A model generated the notes under the pieces. It saw only the letters and a program-made list of their open reading frames with translations, searched no databases and had not been told where the DNA came from. Shown here one piece after another: positions 8,501-19,282 of a stretch of DNA of 64,000 nucleotides (position 1 is the first letter of the stretch; each line of letters opens with the position of its first letter). The DNA is from an uncultured Roseivirgaceae bacterium (GTDB taxonomy: Bacteria; Bacteroidota; Bacteroidia; Cytophagales; Cyclobacteriaceae), in the NCBI GenBank assembly GCA_964563925.1, contig CAZLZD010000021.1:4848-68847 (forward strand), given 5' to 3'. Made by a program: the position numbers and the translations under genes.

Positions 8501-10336
8501 ATGTGTGGAATTGTAGGTTATATCGGGCCCCGAAAGGCTCACGAGGTAGTAATTAAGGGCCTGGAACGCCTCGAATATCGCGGATATGACAGCGCCGGAA
8601 TAGCCCTGATCAATGACGGACTGAACGTCTACAAGAAAAAGGGAAAGGTTTCGGACCTTAAAGAACATCTTGAAGGGCAGGAACTCGACAGCCGGATAGG
8701 GATCGGACACACGCGATGGGCCACCCACGGCGAACCTAATGATGCCAACGCCCACCCCCACTTTTCCCAGTCCAAAAACCTGGCAATCATCCATAACGGG
8801 ATAATTGAGAATTATTCTTCCCTTAAACAGGAACTGATAAACAAAGGGCATTCTTTTGCCAGCGAAACAGACTCAGAGGTTCTGATTCATTTCATCGAGG
8901 ATATTCAAACCCATAATGACTGTTCGCTCGAGGAGGCAGTCCGCCTGGCACTTTCCAAAGTGGTGGGTGCCTATGCCATTGTGATCATGGACGGCAGCAA
9001 TGAACACCAGATTATCGCGGCCCGCAAGGGCAGCCCGCTGGTTATTGGAGTCGGCCGGGATGAATTCTTTCTTGCTTCGGATGCCACTCCGATCGTGGAA
9101 TACACCAATGAGGTGGTCTATCTCAATGACCTGGAAATTGCGGTGATCGAGAATAACGAACTTAAGATCAAGAATAACCAGGATATCCCGATGACCCCCT
9201 ATATCCATACCCTGGATATGGAGCTGGAGGCCATCGAAAAAGGGGGTTATGAACATTTCATGCTCAAAGAGATCTATGAGCAGCCGCGGTCAATCGGTGA
9301 TTGTATGCGGGGAAGGCTGGACGCCAACAAAGGCCGACTCGTTCTGGGCGGTATTCGTGAATACGCCAATAAGCTGACCAATGCCGAACGTATAATTATC
9401 GTGGCCTGCGGTACTTCCTGGCACGCCGGTCTCGTGGCCGAATACTTTATCGAAGAATTTTGCCGCATACCGGTGGAGGTGGAATACGCCTCGGAATTCA
9501 GGTACCGCAATCCCGTGATCAAGGAGGGTGACGTGGTGATGGCGATTTCCCAGTCTGGCGAAACGGCCGATACCCTGGCAGCCATTGAATTGGCCAAATC
9601 CAAGGGAGCTATTATTTTCGGGGTGTGTAATGTAGTGGGTTCCAGTATTGCCCGTGCTTCGCATGAAGGTGCCTATACGCACGCAGGACCAGAAATCGGG
9701 GTGGCCAGTACAAAGGCCTTTACGGCCCAGCTGACGGTTCTGAACATGATCGCTTTGCGTGTGGCACATGCCAGGGGCACGATTACCGAACGCCGTTATC
9801 ATGAATTATTGGTCGAACTGGAGAATATCCCGGCGAAAGTGGAAAAAGCCCTTGAGCTTGATCCTCAAATCCAGGAAATTGCCAACCTGTTTAAGGATGC
9901 CCGGAATTTCCTCTATCTCGGCCGTGGGTTCAATTTTCCCGTAGCCCTGGAAGGTGCCCTTAAACTCAAGGAAATCTCCTATATCCACGCTGAGGGATAT
10001 CCCGCAGCAGAAATGAAGCATGGCCCGATTGCACTGATCGATGAAGAAATGCCCGTGGTTTTTATCGCCACCAGGGACAGCTCCTACGACAAGGTGGTTT
10101 CCAATATCCAGGAGGTCAAAGCGAGAAAAGGAAAAGTAATCGCCATTGTGACCGAGGGGGATGCACTTATCCCGCAAATGGCTGAGTTTGTAATTGAGGT
10201 TCCCCGGACAGATGAAGCCATGATGCCGCTGGTCTCGGTAATCCCGCTGCAGTTACTTTCTTACCATATTGCCGTAATGCGCGGCTGCAACGTGGATCAG
10301 CCCAGGAACCTTGCCAAATCGGTCACGGTGGAATAG
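8501..10336 (+). CDS. glmS: Glutamine--fructose-6-phosphate aminotransferase (isomerizing)
   Basis: 611 aa. It has the N-terminal nucleophile MCGIVGY, two SIS domains, and the typical C-terminal end KSVTVE. Confidence 0.98.
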   Translation: MCGIVGYIGPRKAHEVVIKGLERLEYRGYDSAGIALINDGLNVYKKKGKVSDLKEHLEGQELDSRIGIGHTRWATHGEPNDANAHPHFSQSKNLAIIHNGIIENYSSLKQELINKGHSFASETDSEVLIHFIEDIQTHNDCSLEEAVRLALSKVVGAYAIVIMDGSNEHQIIAARKGSPLVIGVGRDEFFLASDATPIVEYTNEVVYLNDLEIAVIENNELKIKNNQDIPMTPYIHTLDMELEAIEKGGYEHFMLKEIYEQPRSIGDCMRGRLDANKGRLVLGGIREYANKLTNAERIIIVACGTSWHAGLVAEYFIEEFCRIPVEVEYASEFRYRNPVIKEGDVVMAISQSGETADTLAAIELAKSKGAIIFGVCNVVGSSIARASHEGAYTHAGPEIGVASTKAFTAQLTVLNMIALRVAHARGTITERRYHELLVELENIPAKVEKALELDPQIQEIANLFKDARNFLYLGRGFNFPVALEGALKLKEISYIHAEGYPAAEMKHGPIALIDEEMPVVFIATRDSSYDKVVSNIQEVKARKGKVIAIVTEGDALIPQMAEFVIEVPRTDEAMMPLVSVIPLQLLSYHIAVMRGCNVDQPRNLAKSVTVE

Positions 10337-10352
10337 CCGGATAACTCCGGCT
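10335..10352. terminator. Hairpin filling the glmS / convergent-gene junction (possible bidirectional terminator)
   Basis: 7-bp stem AGCCGGA / TCCGGCT with the loop TAAC. It overlaps both stop codons (TAG 10334-36 and TTA 10352-54). There is no clear U-tract. Confidence 0.4.
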
Positions 10353-11008
10353 TATTGTGACAGCAGGTATTCCTTTTTAAGCAACGGGCAAACTTTGTAA
10401 CGTTCCTCCCCTGTATCTTCATAAAGGGCTGAAAGCAACTCGTAGATATGGATAATTCCAATCTTTGCTGCCCACTCGAACGGACCGTGCGGATACCCGG
10501 TTCCGAGTTTCATTGCCGTATTGATACTTTCCCGGTCTGCCGTTCCTTCCTGCACCGTGTAATAGGCTTCGTTTATGATCATGCAGATTACCCTGGGGGC
10601 TACCATTCCCACCCGGTCCTCCACCTGTTCCCATTTTATATTCAGTTCCTCCAGCTCCGGAAAGTTATCATTCTCCTTTAATGAAGTAATTTCCCACAAA
10701 TCGCGGTCAACAAAACCCGGAAGACCGTTGAAACCGGCAATTCTTGCCTTCCAGCCTCCGGAAACAAACCACAGCTCAGCCAGGGTCGATTTGACGTTAT
10801 TAAGCAGGATCAGCGGGCCCTCAAGCGAACGGTACTGCTCTATAACTTCAGGCTGATCATCGAAGGTATAGTCAAGAATAAGATCAAACCCGCCGGGCGA
10901 ATCCTGAAAGGTATGGACATCCGAATGGCGGGAAACACTTGCCTTATCCCCGATTTTTTTAGCCGCTTCCTCAAAATTTACTTCGCTGCCGAAAACTAAT
11001 ACACGCAT
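10352..11008 (-). CDS. 3-hydroxyacyl-CoA dehydrogenase family protein with a degenerate N-terminal domain
   Basis: 218 aa. The C-terminal half matches the 3HCDH_C pattern (PRVICMIINEAYYTVQEG ... GTGYPHGPFEWAAKIG). The N-terminus lacks GxGxxG. Confidence 0.7.
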   Translation of the reverse strand: MRVLVFGSEVNFEEAAKKIGDKASVSRHSDVHTFQDSPGGFDLILDYTFDDQPEVIEQYRSLEGPLILLNNVKSTLAELWFVSGGWKARIAGFNGLPGFVDRDLWEITSLKENDNFPELEELNIKWEQVEDRVGMVAPRVICMIINEAYYTVQEGTADRESINTAMKLGTGYPHGPFEWAAKIGIIHIYELLSALYEDTGEERYKVCPLLKKEYLLSQ

Positions 11009-11026
11009 ATAATTGTAGATTTAAAA

Positions 11027-11034
11027 CAAAAATA
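11027..11034 (-). promoter_or_regulatory. -7 promoter box TATTTTTG for the degenerate 3-hydroxyacyl-CoA dehydrogenase-like gene
   Basis: Exact TAnnTTTG on the minus strand, 19 nt upstream of ATG 11008. Confidence 0.45.
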
Positions 11035-11053
11035 GGAATAAAAGTCCCTGAAA

Positions 11054-11431
11054 ATGAAATCCATCATTAATACTACCCATGCCCCCGCACCCATCGGCCC
11101 CTATAATCAGGCGGTCTTAATACACAATACCCTGTATCTCTCCGGCCAGATTGCTATTGACCCGGTCAGTAATGAACTGGTCACAGGTAATATCACTTCT
11201 GAGACCAACCAGGTAATGAAAAATTTGCAACAGGTGCTGGAGGCAGCAGAATTCACACTGGGAAATGTAGTGAAATGCAGCATTTTCGTCAGGGATATGG
11301 GACAGTTTGCCGAAATCAATGAAGCCTACGGAAAATTTTTCCTGTCAGACCCCCCGGCCAGGGAAACGGTCGAGGTCAGCCGCCTGCCTAAAGATGTAAA
11401 TGTGGAAATATCCTGTATCGCCGTTCGATAA
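11054..11431 (+). CDS. RidA / YjgF / L-PSP family reactive-intermediate deaminase
   Basis: 125 aa with TTHAPAPIGPYNQAV ... LYLSGQI ... PARETVEVSRLPKDVNVEI. Confidence 0.92.
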   Translation: MKSIINTTHAPAPIGPYNQAVLIHNTLYLSGQIAIDPVSNELVTGNITSETNQVMKNLQQVLEAAEFTLGNVVKCSIFVRDMGQFAEINEAYGKFFLSDPPARETVEVSRLPKDVNVEISCIAVR

Positions 11432-11934
11432 TGAAAATAATTCCGCGCCAAACGGAAACCGTTATCTCACCGCTGCAGCCTTCCGAAATCAACCGCCGGC
11501 TCGACGGCCTTACCGTCAGCCCTTCGCTGCGCAGTAACAGGCCGGAGGAAGATGCCATGTTCCAGGGACGAATACACAACCGCACTTTTGTGCTTTCACG
11601 CAAGATCCGTCACCCGAATAATTTCATCCCGCTGGTCAACGGCAGGATTGAATCCACCTCCAAAGGCTCGATCATCTTTATCAAATACTCCCTCTTCCGG
11701 AGTTCCCTGATGTTCCTTTCCTTTTCGATTGGCATTGCCTTTTTAATCGGATTGATATTTATCTTCACCGGCCTGCCCGAGCTGTACAGCATTACGGCGT
11801 TTGCACTCGGACTCGCCAATTACCTGGTGACCCTTCTCAATTTCAACCGGCAGGTCAGGCTGACGCATGAAGCCCTGCTCGAGGCACTGAACATCGATGA
11901 GCAGGATATTAATGATCCAGCTTATTTTTCGTAG
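11431..11934 (+). CDS. Hypothetical membrane protein
   Basis: 167 aa. Its start shares 1 nt with the ridA stop (TAATG). It has two C-terminal hydrophobic helices and no motif I recognise. Confidence 0.5.
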   Translation: MKIIPRQTETVISPLQPSEINRRLDGLTVSPSLRSNRPEEDAMFQGRIHNRTFVLSRKIRHPNNFIPLVNGRIESTSKGSIIFIKYSLFRSSLMFLSFSIGIAFLIGLIFIFTGLPELYSITAFALGLANYLVTLLNFNRQVRLTHEALLEALNIDEQDINDPAYFS

Positions 11935-11976
11935 TTTTGCCTCCCGAAATTTTCGTGTGTTAAGAGCTTTTTTGTA

Positions 11977-13521
11977 ATGGAGAATGATGTTCGAGTGAGA
12001 TTCGCCCCGAGTCCGACCGGCCCCCTGCATATCGGGGGTGTACGTACTGCACTGTATAATTACCTGTTTGCGAAAAAACATCAGGGAACGATGATCATCC
12101 GTGTCGAAGATACTGACCAGAACCGGTACGTGGAAGGTGCGGAAGAATATATCAGCGAAGCGCTGGACTGGCTGGGGATCACCGCGGATGAAAGCCCGTC
12201 CAAAGGCGGTCCCTACGCGCCCTACCGGCAATCGGAACGGAAGGATATCTATGCCCGGTATGCTGAACAGCTGCTGCGGGACGGGAATGCCTACTATGCC
12301 TTTGACACCCCTGAAGAGCTTGACGCAATGCGCGAACGACTGCGTGAAAGCCGGGTTGCATCACTCCAGTACAATTCCATCACGCGCATGCAGATGAAAA
12401 ATTCTCTGACCCTTCCCCCGGAAGAGGTAAAGCAACGGATTGATGCCGGAGAACCCTATGTGATCCGTCTGAAAGTTCCGCGGAAGGAGGAGGTACGCCT
12501 CAATGACATGGTCAGGGGGTGGGTCATGGTGCATTCCTCAGCCATTGACGACAAGGTATTGATGAAATCTGATGGCATGCCTACGTATCACCTGGCCAAT
12601 GTGGTCGATGATCACCTGATGAAAATTTCCCATGTGATCCGTGGGGAGGAATGGCTGCCCAGCGCACCACTTCATGTCCTGCTCTATAAATTTCTTGGCT
12701 GGGAGGATTCCATGCCTCAGTTTGCCCACCTTCCTTTGCTCCTTAAGCCAGATGGAAATGGAAAACTCAGCAAAAGGGATGGCGACAAGCACGGGTTTCC
12801 CGTGTTTCCCATCGAGGGGCAATTCCCGGGCAAGGAAGGACAACCTGAAAAATTTAACGGGTTTCGGGAAGAAGGATATTTGCCCGAAGCCATGATCAAT
12901 TTCCTTGCCTTCCTGGGCTGGAACCCCGGAACGGAAGAGGAACTGTTTACCCTGGACCAACTGATAAGTGCCTTCAGTGTGGAACGTATAGGAAAATCCG
13001 GTACAAAATTCGACATCGAAAAAGCCAAATGGTTCAATCAGCAGTACCTGAGGCAAAAGAGTGACGAGGAACTTGCCGGTTATCTGAAAAATGACCTGGA
13101 GGCCGCAGGTGAATCACCGGACGGGATTGACCTTGCCCGGGTTTGTCATGCCATGAAGGAGCGTGTTACCTTTCCCCATGACATATACCAGGATGGCCGG
13201 TTCTTTTTCAACACGCCGGAGAGTTACGACGAAAAGCTCTCTTCCAAAAAATGGACCCCTGAGGCTGTGGCGGTACTGGATGCATATGCCGATAAGATCG
13301 TCGGAACAGAGAGCTATGGAGCTGAGGAGGCAAAATCGATTTTAAACAACATAATTGAGGAAAAAGGCGTTAAATTAGGACAGGTGATGCCCGCATTACG
13401 ACTGGCTGTTACAGGCTCCGGATCAGGCCCGGATCTCATGGAAGTCCTCGAAATCCTGGGTAGCGACCGGGTGGCAGGCCGGATTAAGACAGCTATTACG
13501 ACATTGCCGGTGACTTCATGA
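11977..13521 (+). CDS. gltX: Glutamate--tRNA ligase
   Basis: 514 aa with a class I HIGH motif (PTGPLHIGG) and a KMSKS-like motif (KLSKRDG). Confidence 0.97.
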   Translation: MENDVRVRFAPSPTGPLHIGGVRTALYNYLFAKKHQGTMIIRVEDTDQNRYVEGAEEYISEALDWLGITADESPSKGGPYAPYRQSERKDIYARYAEQLLRDGNAYYAFDTPEELDAMRERLRESRVASLQYNSITRMQMKNSLTLPPEEVKQRIDAGEPYVIRLKVPRKEEVRLNDMVRGWVMVHSSAIDDKVLMKSDGMPTYHLANVVDDHLMKISHVIRGEEWLPSAPLHVLLYKFLGWEDSMPQFAHLPLLLKPDGNGKLSKRDGDKHGFPVFPIEGQFPGKEGQPEKFNGFREEGYLPEAMINFLAFLGWNPGTEEELFTLDQLISAFSVERIGKSGTKFDIEKAKWFNQQYLRQKSDEELAGYLKNDLEAAGESPDGIDLARVCHAMKERVTFPHDIYQDGRFFFNTPESYDEKLSSKKWTPEAVAVLDAYADKIVGTESYGAEEAKSILNNIIEEKGVKLGQVMPALRLAVTGSGSGPDLMEVLEILGSDRVAGRIKTAITTLPVTS

Positions 13522-13773
13522 ATGATAAATCAAATGCCTATGGCACGCAAGAAAAAAGACAACCGGGAACAAAAGAAAAAGAACCCAAGGGTCAATAAGG
13601 AACTGGAAGGGTTTGATATTTCCATTGATTCTTTCGGAGAGATAAAATCCACCTTCGACATTGACAAGATCAATGAGTTTCTGAATAAGAATGTGGAAGA
13701 CAAGAAACTCCTGGAACGGAAAGATTACGACAAGATCAATAAAAAAGGAAAATTCAAAGACGAAGAAGAATGA
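13522..13773 (+). CDS. Small Lys/Glu-rich hypothetical protein
   Basis: 83 aa, with alternative ATG starts at 13534 and 13540. It begins directly after the gltX stop and ends in an ATGA overlap with the next gene. The composition is highly charged. Confidence 0.5.
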   Translation: MINQMPMARKKKDNREQKKKNPRVNKELEGFDISIDSFGEIKSTFDIDKINEFLNKNVEDKKLLERKDYDKINKKGKFKDEEE

Positions 13774-14540
13774 GATCACACGAGATTGATTACAGGATTC
13801 TGGGTGATGATATTCAGGTAGTGGAGGTAGAGCTTGACCCGGGTGAAACCGTTATTGCCGAAGCCGGGGCCATGCTGTACATGGAAGACGGAATCGCATT
13901 TGACACGAAACTGGGTGATGGATCCCAGCCCGATCAGGGCCTTTTCGGAAAAATCCTGTCGGCCGGTACCCGCGTCCTGACCGGCGAATCCTTGTTTATG
14001 ACCCATTTTACCAATCAGGGGCACAAAAAGGCACGTCTCGCATTTTCAGCCCCCTACCCGGGAACAATCATACCCATCGACCTGGCAACCTCGCTCAATA
14101 ACGAGCTGATCGTGCAGAAAGACGGATTTCTGTGTGCGGCACTTGGCACTGAACTCAGCATCACATTCAATAAAAGGATCGGAAGCGGCCTGGTGGGTGG
14201 TGAAGGATTCATTCTCCAGCGACTGAGGGGAGACGGACGGGCTTTTGTTCATGCCGGGGGAACAATTATTGAAAAGGAGCTCAATAATGAAATGCTAAGG
14301 ATCGACACCGGTTGTGTGGTGGCCTTCGAGTCATCCCTGAATTTTGACGTCAGCCGAGCCGGCGGATTGCGTTCAATGATTTTCGGAGGAGAAGGTATTT
14401 TCCTTGCAACACTTTCCGGTACAGGCAAGGTCTGGTTACAATCCATGCCGATCAGAAAACTGGTTCAGGCGCTGGCACCATATGGCAAAAACAGGGGTAA
14501 GGAAGGAAGTTCAATTCTTGGTGATTTCCTGGAATCATGA
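13770..14540 (+). CDS. AIM24 / TIGR00266 family protein
   Basis: 256 aa. The N-terminus [35 protein letters not shown] and the later [16 protein letters not shown] pattern are typical of the family. Confidence 0.8.
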   Translation: MRSHEIDYRILGDDIQVVEVELDPGETVIAEAGAMLYMEDGIAFDTKLGDGSQPDQGLFGKILSAGTRVLTGESLFMTHFTNQGHKKARLAFSAPYPGTIIPIDLATSLNNELIVQKDGFLCAALGTELSITFNKRIGSGLVGGEGFILQRLRGDGRAFVHAGGTIIEKELNNEMLRIDTGCVVAFESSLNFDVSRAGGLRSMIFGGEGIFLATLSGTGKVWLQSMPIRKLVQALAPYGKNRGKEGSSILGDFLES

Positions 14541-15988
14541 CATACGCCCGGACCATCACGCTGCTCTTATTCCTGGTTTGCAGTTTCAGCCAGGCACTCG
14601 CACAGGAAGCTTCTGTAAAACTCGGTCCCGCCGAGATCGGGATCAACCAGATCTGGACCATAACGGTCACGGTGGAGAATGACAAGCTCAACAGCTACAG
14701 TGATTTTCCTGAGGTCGAAGGATTTCGGAAGGCAGGTACTTCATCGGCCTCCAATACCCAGATCATCAACGGACAGGTCTCTTCCTCGCAAAGTGTAACC
14801 ATGTCCTACACGCCGCAATCCGAAGGAACATTCTCCGTGCCTGCCTTCAGCATGACGATAAACGGCAAGGAAATCTCTTCCCCGGGCATCACGGTAAAGG
14901 TTGGTCCGCCCGTACAGCAGCAGCAACGAAGGGATCCATTCCGCAATATGTTTGACCGGGACCAGCTCGACAATTTCTTCGGGGAAGATGAGCCTGCTGA
15001 ATTTGTCGATATCAAGGAGGATGCGTTCCTGGCACTAACCACAGATAAAGACGAAGTGTACACCGGAGAAGGGTTTACCACCACGCTGTCTTTTTATGTG
15101 GCAGATAACAACCGGGCGCCCCTTGAATTCTATGAGCTGGGTAAGCAACTCGGGGAGATCATGAAAAAATTGCGTCCGGAGAATTGCTGGGAAGAGAATT
15201 TCAACATTGAAAATATATACGGTGAACGCGTCACCATCCAGGGTAAAGGGTATACCCAGTACAAGATTTATCAGGGTGTGTTTTTCCCCCTGAATGCCGA
15301 GGATGTGGTTTTCGAGTCGGTGCCTTTGAGGATGATCAAGTACCGGGTTGCCAGGAACCCTTCGTTTTTCGGACAGAATCGACAGGAAGACTTTAAAAAC
15401 TTTTTTACAAAGCCCAAAACAATCCGGGTGAGGCCCTTGCCGCCGCATCCGTTAAGAGACCAGGTAGCGGTCGGAGAATACCGTCTGAATGAAAGTGTCA
15501 GCAGCAATACACTTGAGACGGGTCAGAGCTTTACCTACGAATTTAATATTTTCGGTGAAGGAAACATTTCGGCGATCAATGCGCCGCGAATCAATCCGAC
15601 CGACGACTTCGAATTCTACGATCCCAACGTGCAACAGAATATTAACCGGCGAAACAGCCGCGTGACAGGCTCCAAGTCATTCAGCTATTATGGCATCCCC
15701 AATGAGCCGGGACAGTACGAACTCGGTGATTATTTTGAATGGATTTACTTCAATCCTGAAACGGCTGCCTACGATACGCTTCGCTCAAGAGCCCGTGTAA
15801 CCGTCGAGGGAGAAAGCCGCAAAAATGAGAATATACTTGCCAGCGACCTCGGCTCATTCTACGATCAGATTGAATTTGAAAAAAACAGCTTATCTTCGGT
15901 CAAAGAAGTGGAATGGATGAAGATCTTTGCCAACCTCGCTATTTTGCTTATGTTAGGGGCTTCCGCATGGATCGTATTTAAAAACTGA
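14537..15988 (+). CDS. BatD-like membrane-anchored extracytoplasmic protein
   Basis: 483 aa with a signal peptide ([16 protein letters not shown]), an N-terminal region resembling BatD, and a single C-terminal TM helix ([19 protein letters not shown]). Confidence 0.55.
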   Translation: MTYARTITLLLFLVCSFSQALAQEASVKLGPAEIGINQIWTITVTVENDKLNSYSDFPEVEGFRKAGTSSASNTQIINGQVSSSQSVTMSYTPQSEGTFSVPAFSMTINGKEISSPGITVKVGPPVQQQQRRDPFRNMFDRDQLDNFFGEDEPAEFVDIKEDAFLALTTDKDEVYTGEGFTTTLSFYVADNNRAPLEFYELGKQLGEIMKKLRPENCWEENFNIENIYGERVTIQGKGYTQYKIYQGVFFPLNAEDVVFESVPLRMIKYRVARNPSFFGQNRQEDFKNFFTKPKTIRVRPLPPHPLRDQVAVGEYRLNESVSSNTLETGQSFTYEFNIFGEGNISAINAPRINPTDDFEFYDPNVQQNINRRNSRVTGSKSFSYYGIPNEPGQYELGDYFEWIYFNPETAAYDTLRSRARVTVEGESRKNENILASDLGSFYDQIEFEKNSLSSVKEVEWMKIFANLAILLMLGASAWIVFKN

Positions 15989-15995
15989 TCACACC

Positions 15996-17084
15996 TTGAG
16001 TAATTCTTTTGGAACCATTTTCAGGATAACAACCTTTGGCGAATCACATGGAGCAGGAATCGGCGTGGTGATCGACGGCTGCCCCGCAGGTATTCCTGTC
16101 GATGAGCAGGAGATCGCCGGCGAACTTGCCAGGCGGAAACCCGGTCAGTCAAAGATCACCACACAGCGCAGGGAAGATGATATTGCCGAAATATTATCGG
16201 GGGTATTCGAAGGAAAAACAACAGGCATGCCCGTAGCCATGTTTATCCGCAACCAAAATGCCCGCAGCAAGGATTATTCTCATATTGCCGATAAATTCCG
16301 CCCCTCCCACGCTGATTTCACCTACCAGGAAAAATATGGCAGGCGTGACTACCGCGGCGGGGGCAGAAGCTCGGCAAGGGAAACCGCAGCAAGGGTTGCC
16401 GCAGGTGCCCTGGCCAAGGCGATGTTGAGCGAGCTGGGTATTAGCGTACATGCCTATGTCTCCATGGTAGGAGATATTGAAGCTCCTCCTTATTCCGAAA
16501 TGGACCTTTCGGCTACGGAAGATAATATCGTCCGTTGCCCCGACCCGGAAACGGCTGAGAAAATGATTGAACTCATTGACTCCGTACGGAAAGACCGGGA
16601 CACGGTTGGAGGTCGCATTACCGGGGTAATCCGCAACGTGCCCCCCGGGCTGGGCGAACCGGTATTCAATAAACTGCATGCTGCGCTGGGATCTGCCATG
16701 CTGAGCATCAATGCAGTGAAAGGGTTTGAATACGGCAGTGGTTTTGAAGGCACCCGAATGCGTGGCTCGGCCCATAATGATGAATTCATAAAAGAAGGTG
16801 ACCGGGTACGCACCAAAACCAATTTCTCCGGGGGAATCCAGGGCGGAATCAGCAACGGGGAAGATATCTATTTCAATGTGGCTTTTAAACCCGTTGCGAC
16901 AATCATGAAAGACCAGGAGTCAGTGAATGAGGCCGGTGAAAAGGTGGTGGTATCAGGAAAAGGAAGACATGACCCTTGTGTCGTTCCGAGAGCCGTTCCG
17001 ATTGTGGAAGCTATGGCAGCCCTGGTCATGGCAGATTTCTGGCAACTAAGCCGAACAGCCCGTATGGGAGCAAAGAACAACTAG
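15996..17084 (+). CDS. aroC: Chorismate synthase
   Basis: 362 aa with a TTG start. Motifs: [34 protein letters not shown]. Confidence 0.97.
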   Translation: MSNSFGTIFRITTFGESHGAGIGVVIDGCPAGIPVDEQEIAGELARRKPGQSKITTQRREDDIAEILSGVFEGKTTGMPVAMFIRNQNARSKDYSHIADKFRPSHADFTYQEKYGRRDYRGGGRSSARETAARVAAGALAKAMLSELGISVHAYVSMVGDIEAPPYSEMDLSATEDNIVRCPDPETAEKMIELIDSVRKDRDTVGGRITGVIRNVPPGLGEPVFNKLHAALGSAMLSINAVKGFEYGSGFEGTRMRGSAHNDEFIKEGDRVRTKTNFSGGIQGGISNGEDIYFNVAFKPVATIMKDQESVNEAGEKVVVSGKGRHDPCVVPRAVPIVEAMAALVMADFWQLSRTARMGAKNN

Positions 17085-17085
17085 T

Positions 17086-18507
17086 ATGAAGAAATTACCC
17101 CTGCACGTAAAGATCATTATCGGCCTGGTGCTTGGAATTATCTGGGCATTTATTTCCAGCAGCCTCGGTTGGAATCAATTTACGATTAACTGGATAGACC
17201 CGTTTGGCCAGATCTTTATCAGGCTGTTAAAGTTCATCGCCGTACCGCTGGTACTTTTCTCCATCATCGGGGGCGTTTCGGGACTCAGTGATGTAAGCAA
17301 ACTGGGAAGAATGGGCTTCAAAACGCTGTTACTGTACCTGATTACCACCATCACCGCGGTGTCAATCGGGTTGCTCCTTGTCAATTTCATCAAGCCCGGT
17401 GCCTTTATTGATGACCAGCAACGCGTCAAAAACCGGATTGAATACGAGCAATGGGTTACAGAAACAACGGGTGTGGGCGTTAAAGACGGCATCAGTTACC
17501 TGACTGATCCTGAATACAAGGATGTTGTGTCCGAAGTCACGAGTCCGGAAGCACTGGAACGCATGCAACAGGAGCGGGAGCAGATGATCAGTAAGCAACT
17601 CCAGACGGCCGAACAATCCAGAGAAACTCCTCCCCTTCAGTTCCTGGTAGATATGGTTCCTGAGAACATTGTTCTCTCGATATCTGATAATGGCCTGATG
17701 CTTCAGGTGATCTTTTTCGCGATCTTCTTCGGCATCACCCTCATCATGGTTCCTTCAAAACATGCCGACCCGGTCATCCATTTTGTTAACGGGATCAATG
17801 AGGTTTTCCTGAAAATGGTTGACCTGGTGATGAAAGCCGCTCCCTTCTTCGTGTTTGCACTACTCGCCGGGGTAATCGCCAAGATGGCAGACACACCGGC
17901 ACAGGTATTTGAAATCTTTAAAAGCCTGGGATCCTATTCAGTCACCGTGGTGATCGGGTTATTATTCATGATTTTTATATTTTATCCGCTGATCATTACC
18001 GGGTTTGTAAAAAATCTCAGCTACAAGAAATTCTTTAAAAGCATCAGCCCTGCGCAATTCCTGGCATTTTCCACCAGTTCGAGCGCAGCAACCCTGCCCG
18101 TAACCATGGAATGCGTGGAAGAAAACCTGGGGGTGCCGAAAAATGTAACCAGTTTTGTACTGCCCATCGGAGCCACCGTAAACATGGATGGCACCAGCCT
18201 GTACCAGGCTGTTGCAGTAATCTTTCTGGCGCAATTGCACCTGGTCGACCTTACCCTTGGCCAGCAACTCACCATTGTACTCACCGCTACCCTGGCTTCC
18301 ATCGGTTCGGCCGCAGTACCGAGTGCCGGACTGGTTATGTTGATTATCGTGCTACAGTCGGTCGGACTTAATCCGGCCTGGATTGCCATCATCTTTCCGG
18401 TAGACCGAATCCTGGATATGGTACGGACGGTTGTGAATGTAACCGGCGATGCCACCGTCTCCACGATTATTGCAAAGTCAGAGGGAGAGGTGGTTAGTCC
18501 GGAATAA
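17086..18507 (+). CDS. Dicarboxylate/amino acid:cation symporter (DAACS/GltP family)
   Basis: 473 aa, polytopic. Family motifs include SSSAATLP and GATVNMDGT. Confidence 0.9.
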   Translation: MKKLPLHVKIIIGLVLGIIWAFISSSLGWNQFTINWIDPFGQIFIRLLKFIAVPLVLFSIIGGVSGLSDVSKLGRMGFKTLLLYLITTITAVSIGLLLVNFIKPGAFIDDQQRVKNRIEYEQWVTETTGVGVKDGISYLTDPEYKDVVSEVTSPEALERMQQEREQMISKQLQTAEQSRETPPLQFLVDMVPENIVLSISDNGLMLQVIFFAIFFGITLIMVPSKHADPVIHFVNGINEVFLKMVDLVMKAAPFFVFALLAGVIAKMADTPAQVFEIFKSLGSYSVTVVIGLLFMIFIFYPLIITGFVKNLSYKKFFKSISPAQFLAFSTSSSAATLPVTMECVEENLGVPKNVTSFVLPIGATVNMDGTSLYQAVAVIFLAQLHLVDLTLGQQLTIVLTATLASIGSAAVPSAGLVMLIIVLQSVGLNPAWIAIIFPVDRILDMVRTVVNVTGDATVSTIIAKSEGEVVSPE

Positions 18508-18543
18508 AGGGGAACGAATTGCCGTGATGTTTGTTTGTTTAGG

Positions 18544-18551
18544 TAAATTTG
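18544..18551 (+). promoter_or_regulatory. -7 promoter box TAAATTTG upstream of the NifU-family gene (would imply a leaderless or near-leaderless mRNA)
   Basis: Exact TAnnTTTG ending 4 nt before ATG 18556. Confidence 0.3.
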
Positions 18552-18555
18552 CATC

Positions 18556-19143
18556 ATGGAAACAACGAAGCGTACCAATGACCGTGTAGTTAACCTCTAC
18601 ATGGAATCCAATCCCAATCCACAATCCCTCAAGTTTGTGGCTAATTTCATGTTGTTGCCCGAGGGGGTCAGCTATGACTTTCCTGACAGGGAGTCAGCAA
18701 AGAAATCAGCACTGGCTACGGAGCTGTTTGACTTGCCTTATGTCAGGCGTGTTTTCTTCATGGGAAATTTTGTCACCGTGACCAAGGATCCTGATACCCT
18801 CTGGGAAGAGATCCAAACACCCCTTAAGGAGAAGATCAAGGCGTTTCTGGAAAGCGGTCGCCCGTTGCTGAATGAGGAGCCCGTTCAGGAAATATTCGAT
18901 GAGAATGATTCAGAGCTGGTCAAAAAGATCAAGGGCATCCTGGATGAATATATCCGGCCTGCGGTTGAAATGGACGGCGGCGCCATTGCATTCCACAGCT
19001 ACCAGGACGGAAAAGTGAAAGTGTTGTTGCAGGGTTCGTGCTCGGGTTGTCCGTCATCCACCGTTACCCTCAAAGCGGGAATTGAGAACCTGTTGAAACG
19101 TATGCTTCCGGAAATACAAACAGTCGAGGCAGAAAACGCCTGA
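18556..19143 (+). CDS. NifU family Fe-S cluster protein (Nfu N-terminal domain plus NifU C-terminal CxxC domain)
   Basis: 195 aa with ESNPNPQSLKF at the N-terminus and the GSCSGCPSS motif. Confidence 0.9.
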   Translation: METTKRTNDRVVNLYMESNPNPQSLKFVANFMLLPEGVSYDFPDRESAKKSALATELFDLPYVRRVFFMGNFVTVTKDPDTLWEEIQTPLKEKIKAFLESGRPLLNEEPVQEIFDENDSELVKKIKGILDEYIRPAVEMDGGAIAFHSYQDGKVKVLLQGSCSGCPSSTVTLKAGIENLLKRMLPEIQTVEAENA

Positions 19144-19282
19144 TTTTTCCTGCATTTTTGATCAGAATATAACATCCGTATTTTAATAGCCTAAAACGCA
19201 AAGAGCGCAGTTGTTTCACTGCCGTGCCCGTACTATATTGACATCACTTTTTTAGAATACATCGGGCTAAATTTATTTTTTG

